Of a DNA stretch of 15,707 bases, positions 8,049-15,707 are shown piece after piece. Source of the stretch: Gemmatimonadota bacterium (lineage in GTDB: Bacteria > Gemmatimonadota > Gemmatimonadetes > Longimicrobiales > RSA9); NCBI GenBank assembly GCA_040905425.1, contig JBBDRO010000017.1, positions 20,524 through 36,230 on the forward strand, written 5' to 3'. The number at the start of each line of letters is the position of its first letter. The first letter of the stretch is position 1. Below the pieces are notes generated by a model, which had not been told where the DNA came from, searched no databases, and worked only from the letters and a program-made list of their open reading frames with translations. The translations under genes were made by a program, and so were the position numbers.

Positions 8049-8450
8049 ATGCCCAGCCCGAGATACTGGCGCGAGATCCCGGCCCGCTACCGGCTGGAGG
8101 GCGCACGCTGCAAGGCGTGCGAGCGGGTGGTGTACCCCGCCCGCAGCGTCTGCCCCCACTGCCGAGGCAGGGCGCTGGAGCCGATGCGGCTGTCGCGCCG
8201 CGGGCGCGTGGTGACCGCCACGGTGATCCACGCGGCGCCCGATGACTTCTCCGCCGAGGCCCCCTATGCCATGGCCCTCGTGGAGACGCCTGAGGGGGGG
8301 CGTCTCATGGTCCAGGTGGTGGACTGCGAACCGGGGGAGGTGGGGCCGGGGATGGAGGTGAGCCTGGCGTTCCGCCTCATCCGCCGGGAGGGTCACGGCG
8401 GCATCCTCTGCTACGGGCACAAAGGTGTGCCGTTGGAGGACGGAACATGA
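8049..8450 (+). CDS. DUF35 family Zn-ribbon/OB-fold protein (thiolase-HMGS scaffold subunit)
   Basis: PRYWREIPARYRLEGARCKAC-x10-CPHC zinc ribbon, OB-fold (PYAMALVE...GMEV...FR), ends GILCYGHK; starts 2 nt after the thiolase stop. Confidence 0.92.
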   Translation: MPSPRYWREIPARYRLEGARCKACERVVYPARSVCPHCRGRALEPMRLSRRGRVVTATVIHAAPDDFSAEAPYAMALVETPEGGRLMVQVVDCEPGEVGPGMEVSLAFRLIRREGHGGILCYGHKGVPLEDGT

Positions 8451-8743
8451 GCCTACCTGAGCACGGCCAACCCACCGCGCCCGGAGCGGAAGGCGCACCG
8501 GTGAGCGCGTTCGTGGAGGTGCCGGTCATGGCGCGCGTCCGCCAGGATCACTACCGCGCTTACGGGCAGGAGGCAGAACGCAGAGGCGTTTCCGTCCGCG
8601 AGCTCATCGAGCAGACGGTGAACTGCCTGCTGGACGAGCTGGAGCGGGAGGAGAACGAGTGCCAGGAGGCGCTCCGGGCGGCGCTGCACCCCGCGGTAGC
8701 GGGGCGGGGTGGTGGCGCTCCGCCGCCGGGCCCGGAGCGCTGA
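8447..8743 (+). CDS. Small hypothetical protein, ribbon-helix-helix-like
   Basis: ATGA overlap with the DUF35 stop. Strand VPVMARV, helix ending AERRG, then VSVRELIEQTV, resembling Arc/CopG folds. Alternative start GTG 8501. Confidence 0.55.
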   Translation: MSLPEHGQPTAPGAEGAPVSAFVEVPVMARVRQDHYRAYGQEAERRGVSVRELIEQTVNCLLDELEREENECQEALRAALHPAVAGRGGGAPPPGPER

Positions 8744-8828
8744 CGCGGTTGGCCCCTGTCGGCCGCCTATACCGGGCGGCGGTCGCTTGGCCGTCGGCCA
8801 TCCGCGCCGCCCGGCGGCCCCTCCGCCG

Positions 8829-9626
8829 TCAACCGCCGTCGCCCGCCGGCTGCCACGCCCGGGTGACGGCGGCGGTGAGACCCGCGCGGGCGCGCGCGCC
8901 GGTGGCCTTGTCCACGCCGTAGAGAGACAGCCAGATGCCGCAGTGCCACTGCTCGCCCCCCGGCTCGAACTCCACGAACAGCAGTCCGTCCCCCAACTCC
9001 GCGACCGTGCACGCGAAGTGATGCGGCGCCCGCACGATGAACGCCGTGCCCGTGAGCGTGCCCAGCCCCGGCAGCTCGAGCGTGCACGCCTCCCCCTCCG
9101 CCAGCGGCCGCACCCGGAACACCTCGCCGAGCAGACGCTCCCACGCCTGTCCGCGCGGCATGCCGGGCGGACGCCGCTCGGCCACCATGGTCCTGGGTTC
9201 GTCCGGGTGGCGTTCCAGGTAGTGGCGCAGGTTGGCCAGGAAGTACGTCCAGCCGCCGTCCACTGAGGTGATGTACTCGTCCCAGTCCGCGTCGGGGCCG
9301 AAGCCCGACTGGACGAGCCGGACGGTGGTGGCCCCGCCCCCCGCGGCGGCGATCTCGAACTCCACGGCTATACGCACCGGCGGCTCGCCGGGATGCTCCT
9401 CCGTCCAACCGAAGCGCTCGTGCGGATCCCAGACGTGAATGGGCGCGGTGCCCTCCATGCCCTGACCCCACGACAGGGTGATCGTCCCGCCCTGGCCCGG
9501 CTCCACCCGCGCCACGGGCGGGAACCAGCGCATGAGCTCCTCGGGGTCCGTGAGGGCCCGCCACACGCGCTCCGGGGGCGCATCGACGGTGATCTCCTTG
9601 ACCACGCGCCGGCCCGCGGCGCTCAC
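8829..9626 (-). CDS. SRPBCC/AHSA1-like (START superfamily) protein with a second degenerate domain
   Basis: KEITVDAPPERVWRALTDPEELMRWF...TTVRLVQSGF...GWTYFLANLRHYLE; GTG 9626 overlaps the upstream stop (GTGA). Confidence 0.88.
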   Translation of the reverse strand: MSAAGRRVVKEITVDAPPERVWRALTDPEELMRWFPPVARVEPGQGGTITLSWGQGMEGTAPIHVWDPHERFGWTEEHPGEPPVRIAVEFEIAAAGGGATTVRLVQSGFGPDADWDEYITSVDGGWTYFLANLRHYLERHPDEPRTMVAERRPPGMPRGQAWERLLGEVFRVRPLAEGEACTLELPGLGTLTGTAFIVRAPHHFACTVAELGDGLLFVEFEPGGEQWHCGIWLSLYGVDKATGARARAGLTAAVTRAWQPAGDGG

Positions 9627-10279
9627 TGGCGGCTCCGGCGGTGGATCACCTCCACCATGGTGAGGGGGCCCTGCCCGCCGGTGTGCGCCTCGTCGGTGAA
9701 GACCGTGCGGAAGGCGTAGCGGTCGGCGTCCAGCCACTGCAGTTCGAAGCGGTACTCCTGGGTGTGGCCGAGGAGCGGGTTCGCGTCCGTGCCCGGCATG
9801 CTGGCCTGGCGGCGCTCGGCGTCGTAGGCACCGCGGCCCGTGACGAAGTAGGTGCCCCAGGTGTCGAAGCCCACGGTGACGTAGTGGCCGCTGCGCAGAT
9901 CCACGCCGATGAGGGTGAGGGCCTCCGTGGCGTAGACACCCTCACCCGAGCGCGCGCGGGACTCCAGGAAGCGGCCGCCCAGGATCATGCGGTTCTCCGC
10001 CGTACCCTCCAGCACCGTCACCTCGGCGCCGTGCGCCGGGCGGATGCGCACCTCCTGGGTCCAGACACCCTCCAGCGCCGCCAGCCGGGCATGCGCTTCA
10101 CCGGGCGTGTTGGCCTGGAGCATCTGCGCCTGCATGCGGGCCACGACGCTGTCGGGCGGCTGCTGGGCAGCGGCGTTCGCTAGGTCCGGACCGGCAACAA
10201 GCAGGAGGAGCGCGGCAGAGCTTGCCGCAGCGCAGCGCGCGGAGCGCGCGCGTGGGCGGCAGCGGGGACGTCGCTTCAT
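9623..10279 (-). CDS. DUF1579 domain-containing exported protein
   Basis: Signal-like N-terminus; TPGEAHARLAALEGVW...MILGGRFL...G.D...YVTVGFDTWGT...MVEVIHRR; ATGA overlap with the regulator stop. Confidence 0.8.
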   Translation of the reverse strand: MKRRPRCRPRARSARCAAASSAALLLLVAGPDLANAAAQQPPDSVVARMQAQMLQANTPGEAHARLAALEGVWTQEVRIRPAHGAEVTVLEGTAENRMILGGRFLESRARSGEGVYATEALTLIGVDLRSGHYVTVGFDTWGTYFVTGRGAYDAERRQASMPGTDANPLLGHTQEYRFELQWLDADRYAFRTVFTDEAHTGGQGPLTMVEVIHRRSRQ

Positions 10280-10878
10280 GATTCACCTCGGGTGGATGGC
10301 GTGGTGGGATGCCCGGTCAGGGCAAAGCGGAAGGTGCGGCCGTCGGCGGCGCAGGGCGTGTGGTAGCGAGCCGTGAGGTCGGCCAGCGCGCGGGTGAGCT
10401 CGGCGGCGAAGGCCTGCTGGTCGGCCGGGCAGGCAAAGCGCACCTCGGTCTCCAGGGTGAGCGTGGCCAGCTTCTTCCCGGCGGCCTCGGCGCGCTCCCG
10501 GAGCGTGCTCACCTCGGCCATCGTGCGCGCGGCCGTGGCCACCGCGTAGGCGCTCGAGAAGCGGTCCTCCAGCTGCTCCGGGCGGAGCTGCAGCTCGCGT
10601 ACGGCCGCGGGCGAGATGACGAAGTGGCGGGCGCTGCTCTGCAGCAGCGTCTCCGTCATGTTGCCCGCGGGCCGCTCGCCCACACGGCGCAGCAGGCCCT
10701 GATCTTCCAGGATGCGCACGTGGTAGCCCAGGCGCTGGCGCGGCACCCGGAGCGCGCGTGCCACACCCGCGGCGGAATCCGGCTCACGGAGGCGCAGCAG
10801 GATGCGCCGGCGCAGGGGCTGAAGGAGGGAGGCCGCCGCCGCTTCATCCTGGATGACTCGCACCGTTGTCTGGCTCAT
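10276..10878 (-). CDS. ArsR-like winged HTH transcriptional regulator
   Basis: GAGGAG SD before ATG 10878; LLQPLRRRILLRLREPDSAAGVARALRVPRQRLGYHVRILEDQGLL HTH, plus a C-terminal extension. Confidence 0.88.
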   Translation of the reverse strand: MSQTTVRVIQDEAAAASLLQPLRRRILLRLREPDSAAGVARALRVPRQRLGYHVRILEDQGLLRRVGERPAGNMTETLLQSSARHFVISPAAVRELQLRPEQLEDRFSSAYAVATAARTMAEVSTLRERAEAAGKKLATLTLETEVRFACPADQQAFAAELTRALADLTARYHTPCAADGRTFRFALTGHPTTPSTRGES

Positions 10879-10922
10879 GCAACGCTCCTCTGGATCCGGC
10901 CGTTGATGACCCAACATGGGTA

Positions 10923-10942
10923 TTGACAGATAATTCTGTCAA
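10923..10942. promoter_or_regulatory. Palindromic operator TTGACAGA-N4-TCTGTCAA containing a consensus -35 box
   Basis: Perfect 8-bp inverted arms, AT-rich, 45-64 nt upstream of the regulator start; each arm contains TTGACA. Confidence 0.7.
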
Positions 10943-11008
10943 GGGTCCTGTGCGGAGAACCACCACGCCACAATCCGGGGATTCCCAGCTTCGGCGCGGG
11001 CGGGGGGG

Positions 11009-11017
11009 TGCTATACT
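11009..11017 (+). promoter_or_regulatory. Extended -10 promoter element of icd
   Basis: TG-c-TATACT about 75 nt upstream of the icd ATG; GAGGAG SD precedes the ATG. Confidence 0.55.
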
Positions 11018-11091
11018 GCGCCCGGATCGGCACATTCGCTGTGCATGGCACCGCGCACGCACTCCATGACTCGCGCTGTTAGAGGAGCTCC

Positions 11092-13317
<2,226 letters not shown>

Positions 13318-13319
13318 GT

Positions 13320-13379
13320 TCCGGCAACGGATGAAAGCGACGATGCCGCGCGGCCTGCACGGCCCGCGGCATCGTTCGT
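13320..13379. repeat. 60-bp direct repeat, copy 1, containing a terminator-like hairpin
   Basis: 59/60 identical to 13699-13758; stem ACGATGCCGCG...CGCGGCATCGT; begins 2 nt after the icd stop. Confidence 0.9.
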
Positions 13380-13430
13380 TGTGGCTGCGCGTGCGGCGCG
13401 GCGGGTAGGTCCACGTGTGGGGCGCAGGAA

Positions 13431-13587
13431 TGCACAATCGGTCGGCCGGGAGAAGCGCTTGTGCACTTTTGCGTCGAGGGCGGGCCGGAATGCACAAGCG
13501 GCCCAGCCGGTCGGAGCCGATTGTGCAGAACAGCGCCCAGCGCGGGCCATCCTGCACAACGGCGATCGCCCGGCCGGCCGTTGTGCG
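13431..13587. repeat. Array of six alternating TGCACAA / TTGTGC(A/G) motifs with nested inverted repeats
   Basis: TGCACAA at 13431, 13491 and 13553; TTGTGCA at 13459 and 13521; TTGTGCG at 13581. Confidence 0.8.
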
Positions 13588-13698
13588 GAGTGGCCCGCGG
13601 GGTAGGTGGGCCGTGCCGGGAAGGCTCCTGGCGGGGAGCCGGCCCCGCGAGCGGCCTCGCAACCGGCGCGGCGGCGCGTGCGGTGGCCGTGGACATGG

Positions 13699-13758
13699 TC
13701 CGGCAACGGATGAAAGCGACGATGCCGCGGGGCCTGCACGGCCCGCGGCATCGTTCGT
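13699..13758. repeat. 60-bp direct repeat, copy 2, containing a terminator-like hairpin
   Basis: 59/60 identical to 13320-13379; lies 37 nt beyond the stop of the convergent hydrolase gene, so it could be a bidirectional terminator. Confidence 0.9.
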
Positions 13759-13795
13759 CGTGCCTGCACCTGCGGTGCGGCGGCCCGGGCGGCGC

Positions 13796-14584
13796 TCACG
13801 CCGTGGCCACCGCCGGATCCTTAAGGAAGTCGATGGAGTGGCGGTTGAAGAGCTCGGCCTGGTCCACGTTGCAGACGTGGCCCGAGCGGACGATGACCTG
13901 CAGCAGCGCGCGGCGCTGATGGGCCGCGATGCGGCGTACCGCGGGGAGGAACATGTAGTCCTCGTCGCCCATCAGATAGAGCGTGGGGGCAGGGGCTTCG
14001 GGCTCCTCGAAGAGCCGTGCCAGCGGGGTCATCTCCAGGCTCAGCCGGTACCAGCGCAGGAACTCCTTGCGCGCCAGCTTCTGGGCCTCACGGACGAAGA
14101 GCATGCGGCTCTCGCGGTGGCGCTGCCGGGGCATGATGACCCAGGCAAAGAGCCGGTAGAGCCACATGAAGGGCATGACGCGGTTGAGCGCATTGCCCAT
14201 GGTGACCAGGAAGCGCGAGCGCAGGTTGAGGCGCACGATGGCACCGCCCAGCACCATGGAGCTGACGCGCTCGGGGGCCACCTCGGCGATGGTGCGGATG
14301 ATGAGGCAGCCGAGCGAGATGCCCACGAAGTGCGCGCTTTCGATGCCCAGGTGGTCCAGCACCTCGACCACGTCCGCGCTCACCGTCTCGAAGGTGTAGG
14401 GCTGCCGGTCACCGCCCAGCTGCGCCGATTCGCCGTGCCCCCGCAGGTCCACCATGAGCACGTTGAAGTGCTCCCGGAAGGCGCGTAGCTGCCGGAACCA
14501 GATGGACGAGTTGCCGCCCGCGCCGTGTACGAACACGACCCAGTCGGTGCTCTCGTCGAGGATGTAGGTGCGGTAGCTGAGCAT
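13796..14584 (-). CDS. Alpha/beta fold hydrolase
   Basis: VFVHGAGG, DLRGHGES, GISLG nucleophile elbow, MGDED, SGHVCN His. Confidence 0.92.
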   Translation of the reverse strand: MLSYRTYILDESTDWVVFVHGAGGNSSIWFRQLRAFREHFNVLMVDLRGHGESAQLGGDRQPYTFETVSADVVEVLDHLGIESAHFVGISLGCLIIRTIAEVAPERVSSMVLGGAIVRLNLRSRFLVTMGNALNRVMPFMWLYRLFAWVIMPRQRHRESRMLFVREAQKLARKEFLRWYRLSLEMTPLARLFEEPEAPAPTLYLMGDEDYMFLPAVRRIAAHQRRALLQVIVRSGHVCNVDQAELFNRHSIDFLKDPAVATA

Positions 14585-14589
14585 ATCTC

Positions 14590-14598
14590 AATCTAACA
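14590..14598 (-). promoter_or_regulatory. Extended -10 element immediately upstream of the hydrolase start
   Basis: The minus strand reads TG-t-TAGATT-gagat-ATG. Confidence 0.45.
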
Positions 14599-14682
14599 CG
14601 GGACGGTCCAATATCAGCCGGTATCGGCCGCCCGCGCCAGATCCGCGTGCGTGCGGCGCACTGCGCCGGGGTGATCGCGCGG

Positions 14683-15399
14683 TCAGCGGACGCCGCGCGC
14701 GTGCTCCTTCTCCGCCGTGCGCAGGGACCATGATCCCGTCCGGATCTCGTCCCCCAGTTCGGAGGCGTCGTCGTTGGCGAAGTTGGCCGCGGCGTGGAAG
14801 ACCACCTCGGACGCGTCGGTGGGCGCCGTCCAGCGGAAGCGCCATCGAGCGCTGTCCTGACTGGCCTGCAGCATGCCGTCGTACGTGTGGCCGAGGTACT
14901 GCACGCCTTCTTCCAGGCGCACTCGTGTCCGCCCGTCGATGGGAGCAACGTTGCCCGCCTGCTGCCCGGCCGTGGCGCTCCCGGGAGCGCCGCGCACGGT
15001 CAGCTGGAAGCCGGCCGCCCGGGTGGGTGTGCCCTGCAGCGCCACGCTGAGCTCGTAACTCCGGCCCGGCGCGAAGCGGTCGGGCAGCCCCGCGATCCGC
15101 ACCCCCCGCGCGGCCGGCTCGGGGCCGTCCGCGTGACAGGCGTGGCACGTGGGCTCCCCGAAGCCTCCGGTGTGGCCGGGCAGCGCGCCGTCCATCCCGG
15201 GCCGGGCGGGTGCGGCGCCCATGGCTGCGATGGCCACGGCGGCCAGCACGCCCAGCGCAACGGCGCGCGCCCCGCGGACCGGACCGGCCGGCCGCCCGGG
15301 GGACGCGCCGCGGGTGGCTCGTGCGGGGCGCACGTCGAGGGCAAGGAGCGCACGGCGCCCGACACCCGTACGCCCGCCGTGCTCGCGGGCACCCCTCAC
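14683..15399 (-). CDS. Exported Reeler-like (choice-of-anchor V-like) protein with a CxxCH motif
   Basis: Hydrophobic anchor AVALGVLAAVAIAAM, GHTGGFGEPTCHACH, PGRSYELSV, AAGFQLT, W.FRWTAP, FHAAANFANDD...GD.I. The start is uncertain; GTG 15399 overlaps the upstream stop (GTGA). Confidence 0.75.
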   Translation of the reverse strand: MRGAREHGGRTGVGRRALLALDVRPARATRGASPGRPAGPVRGARAVALGVLAAVAIAAMGAAPARPGMDGALPGHTGGFGEPTCHACHADGPEPAARGVRIAGLPDRFAPGRSYELSVALQGTPTRAAGFQLTVRGAPGSATAGQQAGNVAPIDGRTRVRLEEGVQYLGHTYDGMLQASQDSARWRFRWTAPTDASEVVFHAAANFANDDASELGDEIRTGSWSLRTAEKEHARGVR

Positions 15400-15707
15400 G
15401 GCAGGATGACCTGCCCGATCGTGCCGGTGTCCGCGCCGAACCAGAAGCTGTTCGTGGGTGCGTGGAAGTGCATGTGCCGCACCGTGCGGCCGCCGCTCGG
15501 CACCGCCGTCTCCGAGAGGAACGCCTCGGTGTTCTGGTCGAAGCCCACCAGTGTGTTCGGCTGAATGCCGGTCTGGAAGACCCACACGCGATCCCGGCTG
15601 TCCACACCCATGGCATACGGGCGGGCGCGCTCGCCGCCGGGGAGCTGCCATTCCTTGACCTCGCCGCTCTCCGGGTTCAGGCGGCCGAGCATGCCGGCCG
15701 TCCAGTC
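15396..15707 (-). CDS. Vgb (virginiamycin B lyase)-like beta-propeller protein, C-terminal part; 5' partial
   Basis: Open to the window edge; LGRLNPESGEVKEWQLPGG..ARPYAMGVDSRDRVW...LVGFD...VRHM...WFGADTGTIG blade repeats. Confidence 0.8.
   Translation of the reverse strand, partial: DWTAGMLGRLNPESGEVKEWQLPGGERARPYAMGVDSRDRVWVFQTGIQPNTLVGFDQNTEAFLSETAVPSGGRTVRHMHFHAPTNSFWFGADTGTIGQVILP

Noticed and set aside
5082..8106. 610-aa and 483-aa minus-strand ORFs
   Set aside because: Antisense shadows of the HMGS and thiolase genes; Arg/Gly/Ala-rich with no family signature.
5784..8450. PhlABC (2,4-diacetylphloroglucinol acetyltransferase) assignment
   Set aside because: The HMGS subunit keeps its Glu/Cys/His catalytic residues, and no type III PKS (phlD) is in the window.
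8772..8814. 10-bp inverted repeat between convergent genes
   Set aside because: All G/C with a long loop and no U-tract; cannot be told from chance at this GC content.
13320..13758. CRISPR array
   Set aside because: Only two long repeats 319 bp apart; the inner motifs are 7 bp and alternate in orientation; no cas genes.
15396..15707. Calling the gene vgb (streptogramin resistance)
   Set aside because: Only the C-terminal blades are visible, and the fold family is broad and mostly unrelated to resistance.

Overview
A GC-rich (roughly 70% by eye), densely coding bacterial window; the gene content suggests a Gemmatimonadota/Longimicrobiales-like genome, but that is inference. It contains, in order: a partial serine hydrolase-NTF2 fusion, a DUF3667 membrane protein, a tfoX-lipoprotein hydrolase pair and two convergent outer-membrane proteins. 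Next come a + strand operon, a - strand HTH regulator-DUF1579-SRPBCC operon with a palindromic operator, monomeric isocitrate dehydrogenase, an alpha/beta hydrolase, a CxxCH-Reeler-like protein and a partial Vgb-like beta-propeller. The + strand operon is the main highlight. It encodes an archaeal-type HMG-CoA synthase / thiolase / DUF35 triad with intact catalytic motifs, tightly coupled to an internally shortened DUF1847-like Cys-rich protein and a small ribbon-helix-helix-like ORF. The second highlight follows icd: a 319-bp non-coding cassette of alternating TGCACAA/TTGTGCA motifs at about 30-bp spacing, flanked by a 60-bp direct duplication of a terminator-like hairpin. All family calls come from motif recognition; no database search was run.
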